This document shows positions 51,434 through 62,277 of a DNA stretch of 64,000 bases, piece after piece (positions within the stretch are counted from its first letter, which is position 1; each line of letters starts with the position of its first letter). Location of the stretch: assembly GCA_963843795.1 (NCBI GenBank), contig CAWJLW010000006.1, positions 806,001 through 870,000 of the forward strand, read 5' to 3'. Below the pieces are notes generated by a model that searched no databases, was not told where the DNA came from, and saw only the letters and a program-made list of their open reading frames with translations. A program made the position numbers and the translations under genes. This stretch comes from an uncultured bacterium (GTDB lineage Bacteria > Armatimonadota > Abditibacteriia > Abditibacteriales > Abditibacteriaceae).

Positions 51434-52237
51434 TTACTTCTCTTTTTCGGCTTCTTGAAGTTTCAAAAACGCTGCGGCGTAGCGCTTACCGAAAGTGCGC
51501 AACGAAGCGGAATCGAAATGCAGACGGTCGCCACCATCAATTAAATCTTCCGAAGAAACCCAGGTGCAGTGCGGAACTTTTGCGCTAATTGCGGGCAAGG
51601 CGGCATTGAACGTAGCGCTGGCTGGGCGCGTACGCACCAGTTCTCCCATTACGACCGGAACCTGTTCGGCGTTCAATTGCAAGCGCAATTGTGCGATCAT
51701 CGCGGCGAACCTTGCGGCATACGTGGCCACTTGCTGGGCTTTGCTATCGGCTTCGCCTTGATGCCACAAAACTCCGGCCAAGGTGCCGTGTTTCATCGCT
51801 TCGCGAGCGCGCGTAACGGCATTTGAAAAGAGCGCGCCGTTGGGATTCCATTCGTCTAAACTGGTGCCGCCGACTGCGCAGGGAATCAGGCCGATAGTAA
51901 TTTTCGGATCGTGAGCCACCAAAGTGCGCGCAAATTCGCTGCTCAGGCCAACGCGTGCAATGGGCTTATCGAAATGCAACGGGTCTTTGGCCAGCGTCCA
52001 TTTTAGATTCTGGGTGAGCATCCAGATGCGCGGGTTGGTGACTTGATCTTGCGGTTCGATTTTGCCGCGCCCCGACATATTCGATTGTCCCATCAGTAGA
52101 AAAAGCTGCATATTATCGGGCGGGATTTCCTGCGCAGATGAGTTTTCCTGCGCGTGCACATCGCGCCGCGTTTGAACTAAAAGCGCGCTTGCCAGCGCGG
52201 CCTGTGAGGTGATTTTTAAAAATTCTCGTCGTTGCAC
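51434..52237 (-). CDS. Sialate O-acetylesterase (SASA/CE6) with a Tat signal
   Basis: GQSNM, WHQGE and DRLH; GTG start after AAGGA; RREFLK. Confidence 0.88.
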   Translation of the reverse strand: MQRREFLKITSQAALASALLVQTRRDVHAQENSSAQEIPPDNMQLFLLMGQSNMSGRGKIEPQDQVTNPRIWMLTQNLKWTLAKDPLHFDKPIARVGLSSEFARTLVAHDPKITIGLIPCAVGGTSLDEWNPNGALFSNAVTRAREAMKHGTLAGVLWHQGEADSKAQQVATYAARFAAMIAQLRLQLNAEQVPVVMGELVRTRPASATFNAALPAISAKVPHCTWVSSEDLIDGGDRLHFDSASLRTFGKRYAAAFLKLQEAEKEK

Positions 52238-52333
52238 AATGGTTTTCCTTAGGAATAAACACTCGAATTCGTACTTGTAGCGCTTGAATGCGTAAGATGC
52301 AAGTAACTTGCAGAGGCGATTTTGTGCGGTAAG

Positions 52334-52362
52334 TTGCGCCTTCGCGCCGATGTTGTTAAAAT
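52334..52362 (+). promoter_or_regulatory. Putative rpsO promoter
   Basis: TTGCGC, 17-bp spacer, TAAAAT with TGn extension. Confidence 0.55.
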
Positions 52363-52409
52363 TTTGACGATTAAAACCTATTGGAAAACACGAAGGGAAA
52401 ACGAAAAAT

Positions 52410-52679
52410 ATGACAGTTGCTGAAATCGACAAGGAACAAATCATCGCCGCTCATGCCAAGCACGAGGGCGATACCGGCTCTGCCGAAGTGCAGGTCGCGC
52501 TTTTGACGGCCCGCATCTCTCAACTCACCGAGCACCTTAAAGTGCACAAAAAAGATCACGCTTCGCGCTTGGGCTTGCTCAAAATGGTCGGCGCGCGCCG
52601 CCGCCATCTGCGCTATATCCAGAACCAAGATGTGCAGCGCTACCGCGATCTCATTGCCAAGCTTGGCTTGCGTCGCTAA
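52410..52679 (+). CDS. rpsO: 30S ribosomal protein S15
   Basis: [22 protein letters not shown] and LGLRR. Confidence 0.98.
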   Translation: MTVAEIDKEQIIAAHAKHEGDTGSAEVQVALLTARISQLTEHLKVHKKDHASRLGLLKMVGARRRHLRYIQNQDVQRYRDLIAKLGLRR

Positions 52680-52856
52680 ACAACCCGTGCTGCCCCGCGC
52701 ATTTTGCGCACGCGCTCAACGCGCCGGATTTCACCAATAATCCGGCGCGTTTGTTTTGCGCTACCAATTTACTTTTTGGGGCGGCCTTTTTTCGCGCGTC
52801 CCTTTTCGCCAATTTTTGGGTGAAAACTGCGACGCGCACAGGAGACAAGAATACGA

Positions 52857-55259
52857 ATGGGAATAGAAAAACATGCCGTATCCGCCGAATGGGGCGGACG
52901 CACTCTCACCCTTGAAACCGGAGTTTTAGCCGGACAAGCCAACGGAAGTGTCACCGTGCAATACGGCGACACCGTCGTTTTAGTCACTGCGACCATGTCG
53001 CGCGAGCCGCGTCCCGGCATCGACTTTTTTCCACTCACTGTCGATTTTGAAGAGCGCATGTATGCTGCCGGTCGCATTCCCGGCAGCCGCTTCATTCGCC
53101 GCGAAACCCGTCCCGGCGAAGACGCGATTTTGAACGGTCGCCTGATTGACCGCTCAATTCGTCCGCGTTTCCCGAAAGACGCGGTTAATGATGTGCAAGT
53201 CGTGATTACCACGCTTTCTGCCGATGGCGAAAACGAAGTGGACGTGCCGGGTTTGATTGGCGCTTCGGCGGCTTTAGTGATTTCGGATATTCCGTTTGAA
53301 GGCCCAATCGGTGGCGTGAAAATCGGCATGGTCGAAGGCGACTTGGTCATCAATCCCACACACGAACAGATTGAAAACGGACAGATGGAACTGGTTGTGG
53401 CTTCGGGCAAAGAAGGCGTCTTGATGATCGAGGCGGGCGGACAGCAGATCGAAGAAGAAACCATGGCTCAGGCCATCGAATTGGCCGCGCGCTTGAACAA
53501 TCAAGTGATTGATTTGCAGAACCAGTTGCGCGAAAAATGCGGCAAAGCCAAAGTCGAAATGCTGACGCGCGCTTTACCTCCGCACGTTCTCGAAGCCGTC
53601 GAAAGCAAATTTGGCGAACAGTTGCAAAGCGCGATTGCCACGCCGATGAAGGGCGAGCGCAACGAGGCGCTCGACAATCTGCGCAGCGAAGCCAAAACTT
53701 CGCTGGCCGAAGAATTGGGCGATGATGCGGGACGAATCGGCGCGGCCATCGAATATCTGGCCAAGAAATACACGCGTGCCCTTATTCTGAACAAGAATAC
53801 GCGCCCCGATGGACGCGGGCCGAACGATTTGCGCAACCTGACGGCGAAAGTCAGCCTGTTTCCGCGTTTGCACGGCACCGGTTTGTTCGAGCGCGGTGAA
53901 ACGCAGGTCTTGACGATTGCCACTTTGGGTTCGCCTGGTGATGAAAAAATTGTCGATTCGCTGGATGAAGTCGATGGCAAAAAGCGCTATTTGCATCACT
54001 ATAACTTTCCGCCCTATCTCCGTTGGCGAAGCGCGTCCGATGCGTGGGCCGGGCCGCCGCGAAATCGGTCACGGCGCTTTAGCCGAAAAAGCCCTTGTGC
54101 CGGTTCTGCCGACACAGAAAGATTTTCCTTACACGCTGCGTTTAGTTTCGGAAGTTTTGTCGTCTAATGGCTCGACTTCGATGGCGAGTGTGTGCGGTTC
54201 GACCCTGGCTTTGATGGACGCGGGCGTGCCGATTTTAGCCCCAGTCGCGGGCATTTCGATTGGCATGGTGCTGGACGATAATGACGACAGCAAGCGCGTG
54301 TTGCTGACTGATATTATCGGCATGGAAGATTTTTACGGCGACATGGATTTCAAAGTCGCTGGCACGACCGAAGGTATCACGGCGATTCAGTTGGATACTA
54401 AAGCGCATCACTTGCCCCTTGATATGATGCGCGATGTGTTCAGTCAGGCGCGTGAAGCTCGCATGACGATTCTGGAAACTATCAAAAGCGCGATTGAAAC
54501 GCCGCGCGAGACACTTAGCCAGTTCGCGCCGCGCATTTTGACGGTGAACATTCCCGTCGAGCGCATCGGGGAAATCATCGGTCCCGGCGGCAAAATGATT
54601 CGTTCAATTGTCGAGCGTACCGGCGCTAAAATCGACATCGAAGACGATGGCACCGTGTTCATTTCGTCTTTGACCGCTGAAGGTGGCGAACAGGCGTCGA
54701 AGATCATCACCGATATGGTGCGCGATGTGGAAATTGACGAAACCTATAAAGGACCGGTCACGCGCATTTTGAATTTCGGTGCGTTCGTCGAAATTATGCC
54801 GGGCCGCGAAGGTTTGATTCGCATCTCGGATATCGCGTGGGATTATGTGCCCTCGATTGAAGATGTGCTGAATGTGGGCGATGATGTTGAAGTGAAAGTG
54901 ACTGAAATCGACGATCAGGGCCGCATCAACCTTTCGCGCAAAGCGCTGTTGGAAAAACCCGAAGGCTATCAGGAACGTCCGCCGCGCGAAGATCGTGGCG
55001 GCGGAGATCGCGGCCCTCGCGGCGGCGGCGACCGTGGTGGAGATCGCGGCGGTCGTGGTGGCGGCGGCGGAGATCGCGGCCCTCGCGGTGGCGGCGACCG
55101 TGGCGGCAAGATCGCGGCTCACGCGGCGGCGGCGATCGTGGCGGAAACGATCGTGGTCCGCGCAGTGGTGGCGATCGTGGCGGAAACGATCGTGGCGGTA
55201 GCGGTTTCGGCCCGCCGCGCGAAGGTCGCACCAATATGGGCGGTTCCAGCGGACGTTAA
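52857..55259 (+). CDS. pnp: Polyribonucleotide nucleotidyltransferase (two apparent indels, near 54018 and 55109)
   Basis: RLIDRSIRP, HYNFPPY|SVGE, RREIGHG, SNGSTSMAS, DMDFK, KH and S1 domains; follows rpsO. Confidence 0.95.
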
Positions 55260-55273
55260 AGATTGAAGTCAGG

Positions 55274-55337
55274 AAAAAGGGCGAACGCAAATGCGTTCGC
55301 CCTTTTTGGCGTCTGCAAGTACCTGCAGACGCCAAAA
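55274..55337. terminator. Two adjacent hairpins sharing a T-tract (second centred on a variant core)
   Basis: AAAAAGGGCGAACGCA-aa-TGCGTTCGCCCTTTTT then TTTTGGCGTCT-GCAAGTACCTGC-AGACGCCAAAA. Confidence 0.8.
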
Positions 55338-55380
55338 TAACCAGAGTGGCAGGCCGCTATAGTTAATGAGATTGCAGAAA

Positions 55381-56577
55381 TTACTTTTGTGCTGTCATCT
55401 TTTGATCTGCAAAATTTATATACATCTTCCAGTCGCTCAATTCCAAGCCGTGTTCGCCCGCGCGCACATGGTAGCCGATAGAGCCTTCGTGCAACGCTTC
55501 TCCTATCTCCGGAAATTTCTTGGCCACTAAGCCCCGATAGCCCAGTAGCTCATAAACCGGCGTGGCCGCAATGCCCGCCAGAAATTCTGATTGTGGGTCG
55601 GCCCATTTGTCTTCAATGGCACTGGCGATATAAACCGGGCGTGGCGCGATGAGCGCGATCAGTTCGTGCTGATCGACCGGCAAATCGGCTTCTCGACCGT
55701 TGTATTTTTTATAGTTGGTCGAGAACCAGTGCGGGAAAACGCGATTGATGTCGGCGATGGTTTCGCCTGATTTGCCGCGCGAAAGCGCTGCGCCAGTCGC
55801 ACCGGATTCGTTGCTGATGACCAGCGCGAAACGCTGGTCTTCGGCTCCGGCCCACAGCGCAGCCTTGCCGCCGCGCGAGTGACCGAGCACGGCCACACGT
55901 TTCGCATCAATGTCCGGGTCGGTTTCCAGGTAATCCATGACGCGACTCGCGCCCCACGCCCACGCCGCGATGGTGCCCCACGCGTCGTCGGCGCGCTGTT
56001 CTCCATCGAAAATGCCGTGCGCACCGTTGTGAAAACCATCGTCTTCGTCGGGATCAACATCCGACATCCAAAAGGCGGCGGCAGCGTAGCCGCGCGCGAC
56101 GATTTCTTCGGCGGGCCAGAAAGCGACTCGTGTTTGGCGGGTCGGGTCGAGATTGTCGGGAGTGCGATTGCTCATCAGCAAAAATGTCGGCGCTGGTGCT
56201 TTGTGTTGGTTGGGCACGAAAACAATGAGATGAATCGTGCCTCGTCCGCCCGGCCCGCCATATTCAATGGCGATCTGCTTCAAAGTGGCCGCGCCGTCCA
56301 TCGCTTTGGCATCGCTATATTCCACACGGAATTTCAAGTCAGCCGGACGCCCAAGGGGCGCGCGTCCATAAATGTTGGTGCGAAACAGTTCGAGAAGTTC
56401 TTGCCGACGAGCGGGCCACTGCGCGGGCCTGGTAACTTGTGTGCCCGCATTGAGTGTGAGCGCGTCAGGCAGATGGCGCTCGGCGAGCAGTGGCGTTTGA
56501 GCGTATGCCGTTGAAACGGCAACAGAAAGCATTGACATCAGGAACAGACTCCTTTGTGCAGGGAAAAGTGGTTTCAT
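55381..56577 (-). CDS. Secreted CE15-like (glucuronoyl/acetylxylan) esterase
   Basis: AWAWGASR..DY, GHSRGGK, DQH.L.ALIAPR and D.WADP. Confidence 0.88.
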   Translation of the reverse strand: MKPLFPAQRSLFLMSMLSVAVSTAYAQTPLLAERHLPDALTLNAGTQVTRPAQWPARRQELLELFRTNIYGRAPLGRPADLKFRVEYSDAKAMDGAATLKQIAIEYGGPGGRGTIHLIVFVPNQHKAPAPTFLLMSNRTPDNLDPTRQTRVAFWPAEEIVARGYAAAAFWMSDVDPDEDDGFHNGAHGIFDGEQRADDAWGTIAAWAWGASRVMDYLETDPDIDAKRVAVLGHSRGGKAALWAGAEDQRFALVISNESGATGAALSRGKSGETIADINRVFPHWFSTNYKKYNGREADLPVDQHELIALIAPRPVYIASAIEDKWADPQSEFLAGIAATPVYELLGYRGLVAKKFPEIGEALHEGSIGYHVRAGEHGLELSDWKMYINFADQKMTAQK

Positions 56578-56754
56578 AGTTGGCCAGAAAGCTAACAAAT
56601 CGTCTGCAAGTACTTGCAAACGATATCGGTGCGCCACGTGTGGTCTGTTTGGCTTCGGCGCCATCTTTGAACGCGCCCGCTATTTACACCACGCGCGTCA
56701 CTACACTCGATTATGGATGGTGAAAACATGTGCTGCAAGTACTTGCAGCGCGCT

Positions 56755-58074
56755 TTAAGCTCGCTTCGGTAAATTCGTAGCATTGTGACGATGAATCAGT
56801 GCGAAAGCTTGGGCGAGTTCCTTGAAAATCGCATTGGGCGTGATGTGGTTGGCAGCGAAAGCGAAGTGCGAGTGCGTGAAATCGAGACCGATAAGATCGT
56901 TTTTGATCACGATATCGGCGAGTGTCAAGGGATCGCGTGCGGCTTCGACAACACCCGCATTTTCTGCCCAAAACGCGACGTTTTTCAGGCCGCTCGCGTT
57001 TAAAACCGCGCGCAGGTGTTTGACTTCCGGACGGTTTTCTGCGCCGGTATATTGCAGCACGCAACCCATCTGCGCAGCGGTTTGTATCAGCCAGCTCGAA
57101 TCGGTCATCAAGTGCACGCTGACGCTACCAGCGCCGCTACGCACAGCGTCTTCCCACTCAGCGGGCCGAATATCTGAACCCGGCACATACATCAGCAGTT
57201 GCACATTCGGGTTGAGATATTGGCGCGCATGGCGCTGTAAATTCTCGATTTGCCAAAGAATGAAACCGCGTTTGGTATCGCGATACCAAGTGAGAACATC
57301 ACGCCAGAATTGTCCGGGTTGAGTTTCAGGTTTGGGAACAAAAACCGCGCTCCAATTGGCGAAATCGGTTTTCCAGGCGCGATTGGCAGCGTGAATGGTG
57401 GTGTATTTCGTGCGCATTCGATAACGAAAATCGGCTTGCGCGTGTTGGTCGTAACACCAGAACGTTTCCTGAGTGACGGCATCGCCAAGCGTCCACATCG
57501 CCGGATAAATCGCTTCACCCGCTGGCCCACAATCGGCGACCACATAGCGAATGCGCTTTTGGAAGCCCATCTTTTTTAAGTGCTGAAATTGTTGCCTGGT
57601 TTTGGCTTCCAACACTGCGTGCAATTTGGGATACCAGTAGCTGATGACATTGGTGCTGAACACGCCGTCCTGATTAATCATACGCGCATCGCGGTTGGCA
57701 TCTAAAAACCAGGCCGGCGGCGCCATCATCGTGCCCGCGATGAACTTTAGCGCGAAATCGGTGCGGCGCACCGCATTGAAATAAGCTTTCGATGCGCTAT
57801 CATCGAGAAAATTTTCGCGTGTTCCTTCCAAATCGCGCCAATCGAATTCGACGCGCAGCATATCGACACCGATAGATTTATAAAGCGCAAAACGCTGAGC
57901 GATAGTTTCTGGTGCGTCGCGGTAAAAATCGCTGCCATCGGTCATACAACAACAAAATTCATGCTGCCCCACACGCTTGGCGGGCGCGGCAAATGCGCTG
58001 GAAGGCGCCAAAGCCAACGCTCCGATGCCGGCAAGGAGTTGGCGACGCGAAAGAAAGGAATCGTCTGATTTCAT
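56755..58074 (-). CDS. Tat-exported TIM-barrel glycoside hydrolase (GH14/GH42-like)
   Basis: SRRQLL leader; W..LE, P.WF, GPAGE..YP and AEN. Confidence 0.65.
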   Translation of the reverse strand: MKSDDSFLSRRQLLAGIGALALAPSSAFAAPAKRVGQHEFCCCMTDGSDFYRDAPETIAQRFALYKSIGVDMLRVEFDWRDLEGTRENFLDDSASKAYFNAVRRTDFALKFIAGTMMAPPAWFLDANRDARMINQDGVFSTNVISYWYPKLHAVLEAKTRQQFQHLKKMGFQKRIRYVVADCGPAGEAIYPAMWTLGDAVTQETFWCYDQHAQADFRYRMRTKYTTIHAANRAWKTDFANWSAVFVPKPETQPGQFWRDVLTWYRDTKRGFILWQIENLQRHARQYLNPNVQLLMYVPGSDIRPAEWEDAVRSGAGSVSVHLMTDSSWLIQTAAQMGCVLQYTGAENRPEVKHLRAVLNASGLKNVAFWAENAGVVEAARDPLTLADIVIKNDLIGLDFTHSHFAFAANHITPNAIFKELAQAFALIHRHNATNLPKRA

Positions 58075-58368
58075 CAGTGAATTTATCTTCAAACCTCTGT
58101 GCAAGTCCTGGCCAGAGGTGTGATATTTACAAGTTACGTTACAGGCATTTTTCCGGTGACAGATATAGATTTAACCCGAAGGCAAAAGTTACCTTTGCAT
58201 AGCAATTACTCACGATTTGATACCGCGCTACATTGCGCGATGGAGTGATCGACGCTGCAAAAATGTCCTGTTACGGGCTGTAAGTACTTGCACTCTGTGC
58301 TGAAACGGTTGGGCATTCTTTGCACTTTCGTCATACTCCATTGCCGCAACTTGAGCGGACAATCTTGT

Positions 58369-59763
58369 ATGAGTGAATCCAATATTTCCCATTCCCCGCC
58401 CGCCGACAAACCATCGCGGCGTGTGACCACTACACCGCGCGTGGCGGGTTTGTCGGCGTCGCCGTCTTTGGATGCGCCAAGCATTTATACCACGCGCGCC
58501 ATCACGCGTCGTCGTCAGGCGCAGCGTCGCCGTTTTTTGCACAACATCGTCGGGCTAATGATTGTTCTCATCGTTGGCATTGGCGCGTGGTTGTGGCTGC
58601 GGGCACCACGCGCGCCGCAATTGGCGTTGCAGTGGCAGCGACAATTGCCCGTCGATATCGTCGCCGAACCGGCAATCGCGCGGAACGCGCAGGGCGAGTG
58701 GCTTTTGCTGCCAACTTTGCAAGGGCGCTTGCTGAAATTCGATGTGAAAAAAGCGAACTCTGTGGCGCTCGAAGCTGGTGATTTTGCCCTGCGTGGCGCG
58801 CCTCTGGTCGAGAAAAATCGCGTTTATACAGGCGGCGAAGACGGCGTTTTGCGCGCTTTAGATTGGACCAGCGGACGCCAATTGTGGCAGGCCAAAACCA
58901 ATGCTTCGATTTCTTCGCGTCCGGTGAGCATCGGGAAAGACGCGGCGGTAGGGGTTGCGGAAGATACCATTGTCGTGGGCGATGATGAAGGCATTGTGAT
59001 GGCTCTGCGCGCGCGCGACGGAAAAATGTTGTGGCGTCAGCGTTTAGATGGGCCAGTTGGCGATGGTTTGGAAGGGGTAAACGGCAATGCCGTCGGTGGC
59101 GCGCGTGCCCTGATTTTGGTGCCGGTGCTTTCGGGTGCTCTGGCGCGCGGCGGCTTGCGCGCGCTCGATGCGCGCAACGGGCGCGAAGTGTGGCGTTATC
59201 CGACTGATAAAAGCGTTTTTGCCGCGCAAATCGCGCCGCCTTTAGTAGCTCAAATCGACGGCCAAACGCGCGTTTTTTGCGTCGATGATGGCGGGGTAGT
59301 AACGGCGTTGAACGCGCAAACCGGCGGACGCACACAAACTCCCAATCGCTATGAATGGAAAATTTTCGTGCCGCGTTTGACCACAACGCCCGATGAACGC
59401 GCGCTTTCGTTTCGTGTCGCGCCACGTTTGCTCAACGGCGTTGGTGCCGCGCCGTTGATCATCGTCGGCGGCAACGATGGCGGTGTGCGCGCCTTAGATG
59501 CGCGCAATGGAAACCTGCGCTGGAGCTTTGCGATGGAGGCACCAATTGCAGATATTGTAATCGCGGGTCGTGATGTTTTTGTCTTAAACGATGAAGGCGT
59601 CGGTTGGCGCTTGTCGGGTGTCGACGGTTCGCCGCTGGCACGCTGGCAAATTGACACGCTGCGCGCCGTTTATCGCGGATTAGGAGTCGCGCCCGAAAGC
59701 GAGCAATTATTCGTGGTGTCGCGTGGCCAAATCGCCAGCTACGCACTTGCTAACGGAACATGA
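58369..59763 (+). CDS. Membrane-anchored PQQ-like beta-propeller protein (BamB-like repeats)
   Basis: Repeated G.LRALDA..G...W motifs after a single TM. Confidence 0.85.
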   Translation: MSESNISHSPPADKPSRRVTTTPRVAGLSASPSLDAPSIYTTRAITRRRQAQRRRFLHNIVGLMIVLIVGIGAWLWLRAPRAPQLALQWQRQLPVDIVAEPAIARNAQGEWLLLPTLQGRLLKFDVKKANSVALEAGDFALRGAPLVEKNRVYTGGEDGVLRALDWTSGRQLWQAKTNASISSRPVSIGKDAAVGVAEDTIVVGDDEGIVMALRARDGKMLWRQRLDGPVGDGLEGVNGNAVGGARALILVPVLSGALARGGLRALDARNGREVWRYPTDKSVFAAQIAPPLVAQIDGQTRVFCVDDGGVVTALNAQTGGRTQTPNRYEWKIFVPRLTTTPDERALSFRVAPRLLNGVGAAPLIIVGGNDGGVRALDARNGNLRWSFAMEAPIADIVIAGRDVFVLNDEGVGWRLSGVDGSPLARWQIDTLRAVYRGLGVAPESEQLFVVSRGQIASYALANGT

Positions 59764-59774
59764 TTAAACGAAAT

Positions 59775-59814
59775 GCAAAAAGCGCGTGGCAAGTACTTGC
59801 CACGCGCTTTTTGC
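59775..59814. terminator. 40-bp perfect core-centred palindrome
   Basis: GCAAAAAGCGCGTG-core-CACGCGCTTTTTGC. Confidence 0.8.
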
Positions 59815-59977
59815 GTGTGATGTTGGTGAGATATTACCGCGAGAATTAACGATTGCTCGCACGTTGCAAGTACTTGCAGGGCTGAACGCGAAGTTGTGCA
59901 AAGAAGTGTGGGTTGTGGAACGCGGCGTGCAGCTATCTGTCGAACCGCAAATAGATAGAGACGATGGGGCAAATCTC

Positions 59978-62185
59978 ATGAAAAAATTTAAACTTGACTC
60001 TTGGCTACTAGGAAGTGCGCTGTTTCTCAGCGCGTGGATGTCGCCCGCTGCGATTTCTCAAACTGGTTCTCAAACCGGTAACGCCGCGCCCAACGCGAAT
60101 ATTTTTGTGGTTCGTGGCGATGTGAACGCGCCGCTTGCCAACGATTGGTGGCGCGCCGACGCGGTTTCTTTGAACGCGACCCGCGCCCAAATCGCGCCCG
60201 AAACTGCCAATGCATTGGAAAACTGGGTGCGCGATGGCGGTGTAGTATTTTTGCACACCGATGCCGCGCAGATGTTCGGTTTTGAAACCGTGCCCGCGCG
60301 TATCGGAACGCCACAACTGGCCGGGCAATTGTATGGTCGCGCCCGCGCCGCCGTGCTGGCTCCGATTCATCCACTTTTGTCGGGTGCCTCCGACAACACC
60401 GCGCCCGATCAGGATGGGAGTTTGGGCACTCTGGGTGTCGAAACGGTTTATTATCGAATGCAACCGGGCGATGTTCTGGTCACTCGCCATGACGCGGGCG
60501 TGCCTTTGCTCGAAGTTACCGATCTGGCGGTAGCCGATAATGGCCCGCCCTTATACGCTGCGGCGATTGCGCCTTATGGTCGCGGCTGGGCGGTTTTTAC
60601 GCCGGATACGATTGAAACCGAGCGCGCCGACGGCGCTTTGTTCGCGCGCAATTTAGCGGCTCTGGCTCTGGGACGTGTGCGTACTCCAGTGGAATTAAAT
60701 GGCGCTACGGCAAACGGAAGAAACGGAAATGGGGCTTTGGCCAATTCGAATCTGCCTCCCATCGCGCGCGGCGATGCCGCGATGGCAATGACATCGCTGC
60801 CAGCAGCTTTGCTGGAAACTCCCGATCTCACACCGGCCGTTTTGCTGGGCGCAATTAATAATGCTTTGAATTTTTCGTCGCCCGCAGATGCACGGGCGAA
60901 TGACGCGATCGATGGCGCGCCCGCTACGGATACGCCAAATGTGGACGCGCCGCAGCGGGTTCTGATGTTATCGCGTGGCGAAGTTACGGCTTTAGGTCAG
61001 ATGACGCAGGGCGCGGCGCGCGATGCCGCGACGGAGAACGCGCTGCGCGCAACGCTAGATATTTTGCGGGCACGCTTGGAATTACAGCGCATGGCACCGG
61101 CTCAGGCGGCGCGCCTGCTTGACTCTGCGGCGCAACTCGTTCCGCAAAGCGCAGAAGTGGCTTTGTGGGACGGTGTTCTCAACGCGGCGCGCGCTGCCGA
61201 CCGTTTGCAAAGTTCGCGCGACCGCGCCGTGGCCTGGCGCGCTGCCGCGGCGTCTTGGAATCGCGCGCTGCAAAGTCCGCCGCTGTGGAACAACGCGCAA
61301 ACGCAGAATGGGAATTTTATCAGCGGCATCGACCGTCGGCAGATCGAATATTGGCGCGCTCAGGCCGGACGTGCGGCGGCTTTGTCTGCGGTTGAACCGC
61401 CCTTGGTCACTCCGTTGGGACGCGGTCGCGATGCGGTCTTGCTACGACATTATCCCAACGATGCGATCATCGTTTATGCAGAAGCCTTTGGCCGTTATGT
61501 CGTGCAGTCGCAGGAACGCTTTGGTTGGCGCGCACCCAACGAAGAAATTCTGAGCTTTCCCAACGAGGGCCAGTTACAGGCTTATCGAGCTGCGGCAGGC
61601 TTGAACAATACGCCTGCGCCTAATCCGTTGGCGCGTTACGGGGATATTCAGGGCACCCGAATTTTGATGGTGTCGCAACCTGCGATTCCGGTGAATTTGT
61701 CCACAGCTTTATTGGGCGGTGGAATTCGCGGCCAAGTGCCAATTGCGACGCTCGGTGATGTGACAGCAGCCGTTTTGAGCCGTTTTCACGCGCAAGTCTT
61801 GGTTAATGCGCTGACTCAAGACGGCTCGCCCGTCCCGGGTTGGATTCCCTATGGCATAATTGCGACTTCGACCGGCCAATCGGTGAGAACGGGCAATTTT
61901 GGTCTGGGCGTGCCCGTTGAACTGCTGCGTTTCGCGCGTTTGGGATTGTTATGGACACCACGCCAGTTCGATAGATTTCCGTTGCCCCTCACGGAAAACG
62001 CTACCGCAGAAGCCCAGGCAGGCGCGCTGCTGGCCACTTTTTACGAGCGCTTCGGACGCGGTGCTGTCGTGCAAACTTTGCAGCGCATCGGCAGTGGCGA
62101 AAATATCGACAGTGCTCTGGAAGCCACCACGAATTTAAACGAAGAACAATTTTTCCGTGCCTGGGCCAGAAATATCGCGCCGTGA
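59978..62185 (+). CDS. Secreted hypothetical protein (amidotransferase-like N-terminus, TPR-like middle, peptidase-MA-like C-terminus)
   Basis: Signal peptide; L..WV..GG, HPLL.G and YGRG; P.W..G and C-terminal F...W. Confidence 0.55.
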   Translation: MKKFKLDSWLLGSALFLSAWMSPAAISQTGSQTGNAAPNANIFVVRGDVNAPLANDWWRADAVSLNATRAQIAPETANALENWVRDGGVVFLHTDAAQMFGFETVPARIGTPQLAGQLYGRARAAVLAPIHPLLSGASDNTAPDQDGSLGTLGVETVYYRMQPGDVLVTRHDAGVPLLEVTDLAVADNGPPLYAAAIAPYGRGWAVFTPDTIETERADGALFARNLAALALGRVRTPVELNGATANGRNGNGALANSNLPPIARGDAAMAMTSLPAALLETPDLTPAVLLGAINNALNFSSPADARANDAIDGAPATDTPNVDAPQRVLMLSRGEVTALGQMTQGAARDAATENALRATLDILRARLELQRMAPAQAARLLDSAAQLVPQSAEVALWDGVLNAARAADRLQSSRDRAVAWRAAAASWNRALQSPPLWNNAQTQNGNFISGIDRRQIEYWRAQAGRAAALSAVEPPLVTPLGRGRDAVLLRHYPNDAIIVYAEAFGRYVVQSQERFGWRAPNEEILSFPNEGQLQAYRAAAGLNNTPAPNPLARYGDIQGTRILMVSQPAIPVNLSTALLGGGIRGQVPIATLGDVTAAVLSRFHAQVLVNALTQDGSPVPGWIPYGIIATSTGQSVRTGNFGLGVPVELLRFARLGLLWTPRQFDRFPLPLTENATAEAQAGALLATFYERFGRGAVVQTLQRIGSGENIDSALEATTNLNEEQFFRAWARNIAP

Positions 62186-62277
62186 TTGTGGCACAACGAT
62201 TGCCTTATCACCGTTGCAAGTACTTGCTGTGCCGAATTGCGCAACCGAATTGCGCGCTGCATTTCTAAAGTCGCGTT

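Noticed and set aside
52857..55266. pnp as a pseudogene or programmed frameshift
   Set aside because: All motifs are intact, there is no slippery site at 54018, and several similar indels in the window point to assembly error.
2869..59425. Long antisense ORFs (e.g. 2869-3732, 15049-15966, 19200-20183, 25797-26822, 30972-32216, 50260-51186, 58568-59425)
   Set aside because: Shadows of well-supported genes on the opposite strand, with no motifs of their own.
9740..59977. ORF-track N-terminal extensions containing QVLA/CKYL/ASTC (ORFs starting at 9829, 32722, 41827, 50192, 56664, 59786)
   Set aside because: These are read-through of intergenic palindromes; better starts with signal peptides or family N-termini lie downstream.
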